The notes below the pieces were generated by a model. The model searched no databases. It was not told where the DNA came from and worked only from the letters and a program-made list of their open reading frames with translations. From Leptogorgia sarmentosa (taxonomy: Eukaryota), in contig OZ210885.1 in the NCBI GenBank assembly GCA_964658305.1, positions 20,460,001 to 20,524,000 on the forward strand: a DNA stretch of 64,000 bases. The letters are read 5' to 3'. Position 1 is the stretch's first letter. Each line of letters begins with the position of its first letter. Positions 51,985-64,000 of the stretch are shown one piece after another. A program made the position numbers and the translations under genes.

Positions 51985-53023
51985 TCACCTTTTGCCAGAA
52001 GAAAGTGACTGTCGCAAACTCTTACTCTGTTTCTGTGGCTTAAGACTTAGCTGTTCCCGAATGATTTGTTGTTTAGACTTTGCAAACATTGAGGTAATTC
52101 TTGTAGAAGTATCACACTTCCTGCTTCTTCCTGGATGCTTGACAAATCCCCAACAACTTTCTTCCACTCAATACGCAAATGTTTGCTTTCTGACAAGTGC
52201 TTCAAACAACGAATGACTGTATCTTTATCTATACCAGATTTTAAAAAAATTTCCATCTCTTTGTGCAAAAAAAAAAAAAATCCAGGAGAGTATCATTGAT
52301 TATGAATAAAAATTTTCCAGAATCTTGATGCTGATCAGTTCCCATCTGTTTTAATAGATTAAGTAAACAGTCTTTCGAAACTATTGTTTCAGTGGTGTCA
52401 TCTTTTGATTTTTTTATTGAAAAAGGTACTGAGGTAGAAAGAATTCCATCTCGTGCCCTTTTTACCGCCCATCCAGCATGGTAACAGATAGCTTGTTTTT
52501 CAGCTTAATCTAGATCACTGGTCTCGCGTAGAACTCGATCAGAGCACGGATCAGTTGGACTAAATTTCAGTGCAACAAAACTCCAAAAATACTGCAAAAT
52601 GTGTTGATAAACAACGCCAATCGATGACCATTCGGCTTCACTAGCACCACCACACGTATCGACAACGAGTTGCTTTCAACAATTGTAGAGAGTCGATGTT
52701 TTGTCATATCTAAGAGCCGAAAACTCGTTCTCCAATTTAATAGCATGTAGATTTTCACTTTTAACCTTGCTTGCACGATAACTGAATCCTCTAAATGCCT
52801 TGACAAGCGATGACACAAAACAATACAAAGGTTCTAAACATTCCTTCTCAAACGTGTTTCCAAGGATTTTGGCTGCAAATTCGGCTTCGGCCTTAATTTC
52901 TGACGAAGCAATGCGATTCAGGACGGTGATTAAATCTTTAACAGTGAAGCTAGTGTTAAGCTTCACTGATAAAGATGATTGTACCGCATCGTCCGAATCT
53001 TCGTCTGCTGTGCAGGCCGCCAT
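51985..53023 (-). pseudogene. Convergent accessory gene of the second P-like element
   Basis: ATGGCGGC start at 53023. Read through stops it gives EKQAICYHAGWAVKRA (~52450-52500), LRIEWKKVV and QSKSLRQSL, paralleling 11590-12805. Candidate terminus 5'-CAGGACGGTTA at 53119. Confidence 0.6.
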
Positions 53024-53282
53024 GTTGAAAGTTGTTCGAATCACAGCGGGGGGTCCGTGCATCACACATGTTTCAGCTCGTCAGCTGGCGTTTCACCGCC
53101 CTATCTTATAACCGTCCTGGTAAATCTATTAATTGCATGTTTACTGTGATAAGGGGTCAGTTACACAATACCAAATATATTTGTAGTATAACATTCGCCT
53201 TAGCAATGCAATTGAGATTGCAAATGAGTAACAGAATACGACCAACCAAAAATTACTACCAAATGTACGTCGAACGGCATGT

Positions 53283-53415
53283 AGTAAAACATGGACTGGA
53301 CTCATTAGTAAAACATGAACTGGACCCGATTAGTAAAACATGGACTTGATTAATAAAACATGGACTCGATTAGTAAAACATGGACTCGATTAGTAAAACA
53401 TGGACTCGATTAATA
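53283..53415. repeat. 20-25-bp tandem repeat, ~6 copies
   Basis: attagtaaaacatggactcg units. Confidence 0.9.
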
Positions 53416-53876
53416 AAAAAGCCTGATCCGCGAACTCGTACTGTCGTACATTTATATTTTGGTAGCATTTTTCATACTCCATTCAATGTATCTGTATAAT
53501 ATTGTAGAGTCGAAGTACATGGGAATGCTGGTTCATATACTTATTAAATGAAGTAAAGAAAAAACTTGATTAAAATTGTACAAATTGAAAATATGTTCAA
53601 AACGATATTAGTTCGTACGCCGCCATATTTTTTACAAGCCACCGAAAAACATGTGTTTGCACTTTTTGGCGACACGTAATAAGGGCAAAAAATGTCAACA
53701 ACGTTTTTGCCGTTAAATGAAATCAGTGGCACAAATATTATTAGAGATAGTAAAGACGGAAATTTTTTTATCCAAGAGATTATTTTTCGATACATACAAC
53801 ACTAAAAACATATAGGACAACCTTTGAGGACAACAATAAGAGCACTGAGCAAAGCCAACACACGTACAGTTTCGAT

Positions 53877-55870
53877 ATGACTGAAAGCTTGAAGGGTCCA
53901 TTTTCGCAAGTAGCAGTGTTACAAAATAAAAGCAACGAAGAAACAAGTTTGCGCACATTTGAATGGAAGAACATCGTTAAAGAAAAAAAAAAAGGTTTGG
54001 GTAGTTTTGGATCTGTGTACCTCGCCCAGTGTGGAAATCCTGCACAGAAGGTCGTGGTAAAGAAGCTCAAAAGTCTATTTCTTGACGCTAAGGTGTGTTT
54101 CAAAAAGGAGGCAAAAATCCTTAATAGTGTCAAAGGCCATCCAAATATGGTGACGTTTATGGCTTTTTCTTCTGATCCACATTATATTATGATGCAGTAT
54201 TTAAGTTTTCATTTCGGTATATTCGGTTTGAATAAAAATGTTAGCTCCCTTGCCGACTGTCTTCAGGTAATGGACTCTGAATTCAGCTTGTTGTCCAGTT
54301 TTTCTGATATCTTACCAGTGTGTGCCAAAGATATCCTTACGGGGCTTAAATATTTGCATGATAACAACATAGCCCACCGAAATCTGAAGCCAGGCAATGT
54401 CTTAGTTTGTAACCAGCACTTATATAACGGTGAAGTAACTGACGATTCCATTCTTTCAAGCAAAGCATTTAAAGAATGCCCTATTGTATGTCGACTTACT
54501 GACTTCGGACTGAGCCGTGGCGTCAATATACAGACCCAGTCGATCGTCATGTCCAGACACAATCAATTCTTTGTGGTACACCTGCGTATATGGCTCCAGA
54601 ACTGGAACTAAATCAAATAACTCTTGCAAACCAAGAAGATTTAAAGCGTGCAGATATGTGGTCGATTGGAATGGTTATGCATGTACTGATGAATCCTGAG
54701 CTTGGGTGTCCTTATCGCGCTGATAAGCAGAGCAGTCGGGTGTTCCGATGCTGAAGCAGTCGTGAAAAATCTTCTGGCAAAAGGCAAGCTACCGCAACAT
54801 GGAACAAAATACGAGAAACTACGAATGACCTCTTGGTGGCAACTTGAAGAGATTTTCAACGTGGGTGCAAATTTTGATCCTGTCGTAGGACCTTCTGCTG
54901 CAAGAGTTTTAGTATTATAAAGTAAGTAAGTAAGTAATGTTAGTATTTTCAATAACCACTTAAGTGAATCGTTCCAATGCATCAAGTTAGCGATGAGCCA
55001 AAGTACAGTTGTAGAACAGTATAGTCGAGATGTAGCAGCAAAAATTCAAGTCAACTTGTATCAGTCCGCTTGCGAAGATGGTCATGTACCCCTATTAGAT
55101 GATGCAACTAATTGTTGTGCATTTCTTTCCATCAGAATTTGCGATCGTCTCCTAAAGAGCGACAAGTCACAAAACCAACAGACGTGGGAAACGGTTCGAG
55201 AAGTAGTGGAAAACGTCATCTGCAAACTTCCATCTTGTGTTAATGAGCACAGGGATGTCTCATCTTTCTATGATGTTGAAGAAGCCTATGCCATTATGTC
55301 CTCCAAAAACCTGCTTCACCAACGGTACGAGTTTTCTGAGGAATGTGTTTCGGGGAACCAAGGGTTTTTCGTGCGCTGGAAGATAATGAGCTTGTATCAA
55401 AAGCATCTCTGAAGGAAATGTGTTTTGGAATATATACCTGCTCGCCCTACATCTTTACTATTGGAATTGGTAACAACACTTTTTTTTTCATCGACACTCA
55501 CCCTGTAAATGAAGAGCTTGGTGGAGATGGCAACAGTGTTCTTTTGGTGACTCCAGATCTCAGTTATCGATCGTGCCAATTACTTGTCTAATGGTTGTTG
55601 TTTCATCTAGCCAAGGCAGGAGTTGAAACTGATTCAAAACAAAGCCTTGCTTGGCTGACTGCTTATCAAGGTAGGAAAGGAATTTATGGATTGGATTTTG
55701 GGCATGATTTGATGCTTATACATAATAACATAAATTTATTTGTTCATCTAGATGAGAAGCGCACTGATTCTACTGCAGAAGGCATACTAGAGAAAGGTTA
55801 TTTGCAATCTCAATTGCCTATTGAGGAGGTTAGTAAGCACAAAGAAAAGTCAAAATCAAATTTAAAAAAA
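53877..55870 (+). pseudogene. Ser/Thr protein kinase followed by a putative cysteine-protease-like domain, disrupted
   Basis: GLGSFGSVY, VVVKKL, HRNLKPGN, TDFGLSR, then frameshifted GTPAYMAPE and ADMWSIG; downstream DATNCCAFL and FFFIDTHP; several frameshifts and stops. Confidence 0.8.
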
Positions 55871-56194
55871 AAAAAGAAATTGACATACCAATAATCTATA
55901 ATATTCAGTTGAAGTTGTCGTGCTGTTTAGCTCTTTCCGATCTACTATAAAAAGACCACTCCTGAACATACATTGTCTTAAAAAAGGCGTACCAGACTGT
56001 AATGTCTTAGCACTGAACTTAGCACTAAGCTTTGACCTGGTGTTGGTCTACAATATAATTCAGAAATGGTCTATATCGGATTGTACCTGCGTTTTAATAA
56101 TCCTATTCGAATTCTATAAACCAGAGGTAACATTTGCCCACCGTATAGTCTGTTCAGTTACGGATGTACACCACATCGTATAACAAGGCATAAC

Positions 56195-57710
56195 AGGGAC
56201 ATTTAGTATTCGTTTTTTGGATGAAACGTCAAACCGCAAACGTGAAGAAACCACGTGACTACATCCCAGTGGTTGCGTTTGCCGTATATTCTTGAGGTTT
56301 TCAACGACAGAAAAGGTTTTTCACGTTAGTCATTTCCCTCAAGCTTTTTATATCTATTTTGGCGAATTATCTCGTGTAATTATAGTCTATTTTTGTTGGT
56401 ATATGTTTACTCTTTAAATATAAACAATGACTGAGGTCGATTAAATCTTTTAAGCATGGTTATTTCTCGAATTTGAAGTGGTCACTACAATAGCATGTAT
56501 TCAAAATGGCTGCAATATATTGACAACTTATATATTAAAGTTGTATTGCATTTTATCAATAATATAACAAAGATATTTTAACATTACATTAATTGTTTGA
56601 GGGAGACATGACAGTTGTGTTATGATGTCTTTAGCCATAGGCAGCCCAGTGATCTGGGGTTTTATTAGTTTAACTAAGGTTGAATAGGGCTATTTCATCA
56701 TCCTTAGTTGTTTATATGCGTGCGCCGACAATACGGTCACTTGCATATGTAATTAATAGTTATAATAATTGACAAGGTTGGCAACTAAATTCACATTCAT
56801 ATACACATGTCTACACACAATCGAAAAATACACAAAATACATCGAAAAATGCAATAAAGCAATTACAAAATACCTTGCTTCTAAAGCATTTAAAATACGG
56901 AATGTTTTTCATATTTTCTTCAAAATTTTTGTGAGACCATGCTGGATGCCAGGTCTGCGATATTCAAATGACGAATTCGCAAGGCTGCTCAGGAAAAACA
57001 AATGTGCATGTTCAACGCATTTTGCCGTGCAGCCAATGAGAATGCGGAAGCAGCCAATGAGTTTGCGAATTCGTCATTTGAATATCGCAGACCTGGCATC
57101 CAGCATGGTCTCACAAAAATTTTTGAAGAAAGTATGAAAAACATTCCGTATTTTAAATGCTTTAGAAACGACGTATGTTTACCAAACGTGGCAATAATGT
57201 AGAAAAATTATCCTAGTTTCGTATTTTGTAATTACTTTATTGCATTTTTGGATGTATTTTGTGTATTTTTCGATTGTGTGTAGGCATGTGTATATGAATG
57301 TGAATTTAGTTGCCAACCTTGTCAATTATTATAACTTTTAATTACATACGCGAGTGACCGTATTGTCGGTGCACGCATATAAACAACTAAGGATGATGAA
57401 ATAGCCCTATTCAACCTTAGTTAACATAATAAAACCCCAGATCACTGGGCTGCCTATGCTTTAGCCACAGGTGTTCATCTCTCGGGTACGTAGAGTAATA
57501 CCTGTTAATTTTATCAGACAAAAAGTGTAGGAATAGTTAGACTATCTTTCAAGAATCTTGTTCTTTGGAATGCTATGTGAACAGAATTGTTTGAAAGTTC
57601 TAAAAACTAAATGCGAATGACATGTTGTACAGCAAACCGCTAACCGTAAACGGCTAACCACGGTTCGCAGTTAGCCGTTTGACGTCCAAGCCGGAAATCT
57701 AAAGGTCTCT
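56195..57710. mobile_element. Possible old Harbinger/ISL2EU-like non-autonomous element hosting the foldback
   Basis: AGGGACATTTAG ... CTAAAGGTCTCT imperfect TIR with internal ACGTCAAAC/GTTTGACGT symmetry; TSD unclear. Confidence 0.4.
56636..57458. mobile_element. P-superfamily (Galileo-like) foldback MITE
   Basis: CATAGGCAGCCCAGTG ... CACTGGGCTGCCTATG; arms ~350-395 bp; perfect 7-bp TSD CTTTAGC (56629-56635 / 57459-57465). Confidence 0.85.
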
Positions 57711-58053
57711 AACGTGTACACTACTGACCGCTTTATCTGTATAAGGGCCTGTTTACATGATCCCGGGATAGCAATTATCCCGGGATAAATCACTACCACG
57801 GGGTAAAATCGTTCCCCTTCATATGGTCCCAGTAAAAGTAGCCCCGGGTCAAATTCTCAGTTGGCGCGAAATTAGAAATATGATACAAAATGCTTCGAAG
57901 AGAAATCAATATCATTTTAGTGTGCTCAATTTAGGCAAATATAACAGCAATTTTAACGATCTTGCAAATAAATGTTCAATTATTCTTGTTTCTTGACCAA
58001 CTGAGGCGACAAACCGAACATTTTGCTATTTCTGCCATAAATGACATCAATGT

Positions 58054-60738
58054 TGTAATGTTATTAGCCTGTTTATTATTTTAAAACGACCCTTATATAA
58101 CTACATGAATCTAATTAGCATATGAATATATTACAATTCTCTTTTTTTTTTCCTAAAAGGTTTCTTAATTAACTAAGTGTCTATTACTGTTCGATAATTC
58201 TATTTAATAATACTAGTTCAATACTAATGTTCATTATATTTATCTATAACCATTCGCTATTTAACTAAATAGTCAATCTTAATTTAGTGTCCTTGAAAAC
58301 TTGTCCGCTTCTAGTTTTATAACATTGTCCAGTACTTGACTCTGAGACTTGTTCTTCACGAACTTCTCTGGCACCACTAGACTGGAAATCTTCAATTGGT
58401 TCCCACGATCTTGATATCTGAACACCATACTTCTGCTTTTTCATACGGTCGCTGTTTCTTTTTTAATCTGTTAAGGCTCTCGAAGCAAACGCGACTGGTT
58501 TATCCTCCTGTAGTAATGCAGCTCCCAAACCGCTCTTTGAAGCATCACACGTCACCGTCACAGGTTTCTTCACATCATACTATGCAAGAACTGGCACCTT
58601 TGTTAGTATTTCTTTTACTTCTTGGAATGCTTTTTCCTGTGCACCTCCCCATTGAAACTCCACGTCCCTTTTCATAACCTCTCTAATCGGCTGCATTATC
58701 ATGGACATGTTGGGTATAAACTTTGCTAGATAGTTCACTGTACCAAGCAATCTTTCAGCTCCTTTCTTATCTTCTGGAGGGGGCATCTGATTAATGGCTT
58801 TAACCCTCTGCTCATCCGGTTTCACACCGTCTTGGGTTAACTTGTGACCGATATAGGTGACTTCTTTCACTCGAAACTCGCATTTCTCTTTGTTGAGAGT
58901 TAGGTTGATCTCTTCACATCGTTTTAGGGTATTCATCAGACGTTCGTCGTGCTCTTCGACGTTGGCTCCCCAAACCAAGATATCATCCACATCTGTTTCC
59001 ACGCCCTCGAGATCCCCAAAGGATTGACACATTCGTTTCTGGAATACTTCTTGCGCAGACTTGATTCCAAATGGCATCCTTTTGTAACAGTAACGGCCAA
59101 ATGGTGTGTTGAATGTGGTCAGCAATCGGCTCTCTTCATCTAGTAGTATTTGCCAATAGCCATGATTTGCATCCAGTTTGGAGAACACCCTGGCTCCGGC
59201 CACACGCGTCGTGATTTCCTCTATTGTTGACATCTTGAAATGTTCTCGCTTGATAGCTTCATTGAGTGGTCTCGGATCAAGACAAATTCGTAGTTTATCA
59301 CTGTTTGGCTTCTCTAAGTGAAGACTTCAGCCTCTCTCTGAGCGCAACTGGTGTACTTCTTAAGGCGCTGACGACAGGTGTAATCGTAGTGTCGACTTCG
59401 ATGTGGTATGGATTGTTTAGGCATCCCAAACCTTTAAATACTTTAGGGAATTTCTCATGAATTTTTTCTGCTGACTGACCAATCCCGTTGTTCACATTCA
59501 TGATGATTTTGATCAGATTCAGTTCTTGAGAAGCTTTCAAACCAATGATGGGAACCTGCCCAGTTTTCACCACGAAAAACTTCAATGTCTTGTTGTTACA
59601 TTTCAGCTTGCATTCTCCGACAACTGGTAGATGATCGCCAGTGTAACTTGTTAACCTTGCTGTTGGTCTTTCTAACCGGGTTTGTTTCAACTTCATCTTC
59701 TCGAATGTAAGTAAGGGTATTATATTGGCTTGTGATCCCGTGTCGATCTTAAACTTTATCTGGTCTCCCTCGATTGATAAAGTTTTGAAAACATTCTCTT
59801 CGTTATCAATTGATTTAACCGCTCCGATAAACAACGGTTCGTCATCTGTACTCGCTTTGTCCACTGCCTGTATTTTCTTTGACTTGCAGACTTTAGCGAA
59901 ATGATTCTTTTTGTCACACTTGAAACATTTCTTGCCAAAAGCTGGGCATTCTTTCGCAGGATGAGTCTTTCCGCACTTTCCACAACAGGATGTTTGTTGG
60001 CATCGTTTTGCTTGAAATCATGCCTTCGATTTGCATCTAATTTGCTACGATAATTTCCTGATTTGCCATGTTTTCCTATGGCCTTGACGCTCTGAACATC
60101 GTTTAGCACTTTGAGTTGTTCCTCGGACTGTTCGTTTATTTGACATACTTCTAGCGCTTTATCTAACGTTAACTCTCGTTCTCGTAATAACCGTTCTCTC
60201 ACACGCTCCGATTTTATTCCGTAAACAACGCGGTCCCTAATCAACTTGTCCTCAAGAGACCCGAAGCTGCAATTCTTAGCGAGCAATTTAAGTTCAGTTA
60301 CGTACTGATCGGCTGTTTCGTTGTCTCTTTGCACTCGCGTATTAAACTTGTATCTTTGCATAATCGTGTTTCTTCTGGGTTCACAATACTTGTCAAACTT
60401 TTCGAATACCACGTCGATTTTGTCTGTTTTAGCCTCTGTAAAATTCATAGTGTTATAAATATCTCGCCCGTCTTGTCCGATCACATACCGGAACGCAGCA
60501 CATTGTTCTTTCTCGCTGGCTTTAGACATGTTTAATCCAAGATATAACTGCATAGTTTCCTTCCATTGTCTCCATCTTTCGGATAACGAGAACTGTTCAG
60601 TCGTTAAAAAGTTCATTTCTAAAGGAGGCTTCATAAACAGCTTCATCCTGACACCATGTAATGTTATTAGCCTGTTTATTATTTTAAAACGACCCTTATA
60701 TAACTACATGAATCTAATTAGCATATAAATATATTACA
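58054..60738 (-). mobile_element. Gypsy (Mag-like) LTR retrotransposon with 82-bp LTRs, integrase deleted
   Basis: LTRs 58054-58135 and 60657-60738 (TG..CA, 1 mismatch); TSD AATGT; PBS TGGTGTCAGG; purine tract before the 3' LTR. Confidence 0.95.
58490..60646 (-). pseudogene. Gypsy gag-protease-RT-partial RNase H
   Basis: Gag IRDRVVYG with CGKCG..H..CPAFGKKCFKC...NHFAKVC; protease IDTGSQAN; RT LDANHGYWQI, MPFGI, VDDIL; RNase H start CDASK then breaks off; frameshifts. Confidence 0.9.
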
Positions 60739-60743
60739 AATGT

Positions 60744-61875
60744 GTTATCAATGCAATATAAAAACAGAAAAAGAAGAAAAATTGGGCAAAGAAAGTATTG
60801 GGTGAAACCAGGCAGAATTTGGTGAATGGTTTGTTGACTGAGGAAGAATGGAAAAATAACTCGAGGATGTCGCGAAATGATTTTTTTTATTTAGTGGATC
60901 TTCTCAAGCCAGATATTGAGGCTGATGCAAATGCTATCAGATATTTTTTATCTGCTGAGAAAAAAGTTGCAGTAATGTTGTATTATTTAAAAGATCAAGG
61001 CTCTTATAAGATGACATGTAATACTTTTGGTATTGCAAAGTCAACACTTTCAGTTGTATTGAAAGCTGTGTGCAAGGAAATAAACAAACGAGTTGGGCCT
61101 GTATATTTAAGACTTCCAAGAAACGAGCAAGAAATGAATGATATAATCAAGAAGTTCCATCTAAAATTTGGCTTGCCACAGGTTTTCGGCTGCATAGATG
61201 GGACGCATATACCCATAAAGCAACCGCATGAAAATCCTCATGACTATTTTTGCTATAAAATGAAATATACTTTAAACTGCCAGGTTTAATTGCAATTGCA
61301 ATCACAATGGTCAATTCATCAATGTAGAAATTAAATGGCCAGGCAGTGTACATGATGCAAGAGTGTTTGCTAATTCAGATATAAACAAATTGTTTCAACA
61401 AAAGAAGATTCCACTGTGTATGAAAAGGCTCCTCCCTGGTGAAGATGAAATCCCACCACTCATATTGGCAGATCCTGCATATCCTTTACTACCGAATGTT
61501 ATGAAAGAACATGCTACTTGTACAACCAATGAAGAGGTTGTTTTCAATGTAATGCTTCGATCTGCACGAAATCACATTGAATGTGCATTTGGGCGCCTGA
61601 AGGCTAGATGGCGAATACTTAATCGCCGAATGGATCTCAAACTTGAGGATCTCCCAAGTATAATCTACTCCTGCTTTGTCCTTCACAACTATTGTGAGAT
61701 AAGGAGTAATAACAATATATTGAATGAGGATGTTATCCAGCAAGAGGTAGAAAGGGAACGTCAGAATCAAAACTGCCACCATCATTGCCAAGTGGATCAG
61801 TTATATACTTACAATAGTGCACAGGGAGCATACATAAGAAACATTTTAACCAACTATGTTAAGGAGTACCTTTGA
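60744..61875 (+). pseudogene. Harbinger (HARBI1-like) DDE transposase
   Basis: RMSRNDF, IDGTHIP (D), [18 protein letters not shown] (D), [15 protein letters not shown] (E), LHNYC; frameshift near 61285; N-terminus probably left of the Gypsy insertion. Confidence 0.92.
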
Positions 61876-62165
61876 CAATATCAATCTATTAAACATTAAT
61901 TTTTCAGTTTATAACAGAACATAGTAACAACTTTATGCTGATGGAAAATGTTTAGTTTCAATATCAAAGTGTTAAACTTAACTAAAACATTTGATAACTA
62001 CATTATTGTATTAATAAGTGCCACCGTTATATACTAATCAGCCACTTGAAAAATAATGGTGCACTACAATTATAAATTAACACAACCAATAAATAAATAT
62101 ATAATATATATATTATATATAGTCTATCACCTTAAAGTTACTTCAGTTGCAGAGTAAATGCCAAT

Positions 62166-63015
62166 TTACTGTAAATTTTGATCCCTTGAAGGAAGGTGTT
62201 TTATCTGATTCATCTGCACTGGCTGCATAGAATTTTCCATTACAAACTGTGGTTGATGATGGTTCCCATGGTTAAATTGAACTGTTGGCTGCATCATACC
62301 TTGACCTGGGTAATGCGGTTGCTGGTGATTATTTGCTAAAGCTTGAGCAAGTAGGCCGAATCCCTGCAGGAGACCATTTCCCAACGAAGTAATAGAATCT
62401 GCCATTTTGCCCATTGCTTGATTTATATTTTTATTTGAATCCAACAAACCATGAGTAATGCTTGTTTTCAATTCTATCTCTTTTTTTGCAGCATTAATCA
62501 TAACCATTTCCCGTTGTTTGGATGACAGTTCTTTTTCCATTTTCTTTCGTTTATTGTCAACAAACTTTGGAGTTGGGTTGATATCAATGCTTCTCTTTCT
62601 AGAACTTGACTGCTGCACCTGCTCCTCATCACTACTTCCATCCTCACTATTCTCTTGAAACAGTTGATTTGCATTACTATAATCATCAAAATCTAGCAAT
62701 GGATCTGCATCATTTGCCAAATTTTCTGTGATATTTTCACTGTCTACAGTTTCGTTTATTTCTCTTGACGTACAAGCATTTTCATTGGCTTTTGTTGCCG
62801 GAGAACCAGCCCAAATAGCAGAAAGATCATCCCAGTTGTCACGCACAATTCGATGACTTCCAGACCGAGTGCCCAAGGTCTGCCTCGAAATCAACACCTT
62901 CAAATTCTTTTAAACTTTTGTACTCCTTTATACTAACCAACAGCATTCTTACCATCTCATCGCTCCATTTCCACTTCTTTGGCTTGGCTTTCGCTCCTTT
63001 CTCTTTCGGCGCCAT
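62166..63015 (-). pseudogene. Harbinger second ORF (Myb/SANT-like DNA-binding partner), internally disrupted
   Basis: MAPKEK..KWKWSDEMVRMLL..IKEYK start at 63015; frame break near 62885 into ORF 62166..62903; convergent to the transposase inside the TIRs. Confidence 0.75.
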
Positions 63016-64000
63016 ATTGGATTTTTGTTTTTCTCCCGGGGTGGCGTGTTCACATGGAAAAAAGTTGTCCAGCTCAGGCGAGTATCCCGCCTCGTGTAGG
63101 CGAGTAACCCGCTTCGCTTTTTATCCCGGGTCAATTAAAATAACATGTGAACAAGCCTATACAATTTATATGGAGTCGAGGCAATTTTTACCCCGGGACA
63201 GCAGCTTGCCCTGGGACAAAAAATACACGCGGGATCATGTAAACAGGCCCTAAATCTATAAAGCAGAAAACGGTAGATGATATCTGTTTGTAAGATTTCT
63301 TCACTAAAAATAATTATGTGTGCGTATTTATGTATTAAGGCAGAAAAGACTGATGAAGATAGTTCAATAGAAATTGTTGAAATTCCTGGTAAAACCCAAG
63401 GTAAGACGTCATTTTCACTTTGCACTTCAAAAAAAAAATCACAAATATGTACTTATTTTCCCATTCACAACTCATTATAGTTTTATATATTTAGGGGGGG
63501 GGGGTCGAACATGTAGCAAAAGATCAGAAATCAAAATATGAACATTTATTATCAAGTTTTTTATTTCACTAGAAAATCCGAGAACAAGTATTCAGAACAA
63601 ATACACTTTGGAAGCCGATGGATTGGAGATTTTTGAAATTGAAGCGGACACACACAAACATAATGTACAAGAAATAATGAATGTCATGATAAATTAAATA
63701 CATTATATACGTATTTTACATTTAAATCAATGAATGTCATAATATATACAAGACTTGATATCTTAAAGCAAACTTTTATACAAAATTTAAATCCTTCTGT
63801 CACAGATCCAGCGACAACCTCTGTCAAATGATGCTTGTTATGCAGACAATATCGATGATTCTCAGGCTCAGCGTTATGCAGGTAGACGTCAAGAAAAAGA
63901 AAAATACAATTCAATTGAGCAAGCACTGCAGCATCTACTGTATAGTGAATAAAATCTACCTATTATCTGTAATATTTCATGTAAGTGCATGACTTGCGAT

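Larger units (their letters stand above)
57745..63250 (+). mobile_element. PIF/Harbinger DNA transposon with both ends, interrupted by Gypsy
   Basis: Perfect 21-bp TIR GGGCCTGTTTACATGATCCCG; TAA TSD (57742-57744 / 63251-63253); convergent transposase and Myb-like ORFs. Confidence 0.95.

Noticed and set aside
53119..55870. Kinase gene as cargo of the second P-like element
   Set aside because: A candidate P terminus at 53119 lies between them and no matching outer TIR or TSD was found; linkage unsupported.

Overview
AT-rich eukaryotic DNA with GT-AG introns, probably from a marine invertebrate such as an anthozoan (inferred from the element repertoire only). The window is almost entirely nested, mostly decayed transposable elements, and I see no clear intact host gene, RNA gene or CRISPR array. 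It holds an AcademX DNA transposon with three nested non-autonomous elements, itself inserted in a LINE that sits in a P-superfamily element. It also holds two more LINEs, BEL/Pao and Gypsy LTR elements that both lack integrase, DIRS-type tyrosine-recombinase retroelement pieces, a Harbinger element and many MITEs or foldbacks with readable TSDs. A large Helentron/Helitron2-like element carries an OTU-RepHel ORF, a spliced OB-fold gene and satellite arrays, and there is a decayed kinase plus putative cysteine-protease gene. Best candidate for a new system: two divergent P-like elements whose transposase stops soon after the catalytic Glu, while the P-transposase C-terminal-domain motifs lie in a separate convergent gene, suggesting a split two-component P transposon. 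Family calls rest on motifs and termini recognised by eye; no searches were run.
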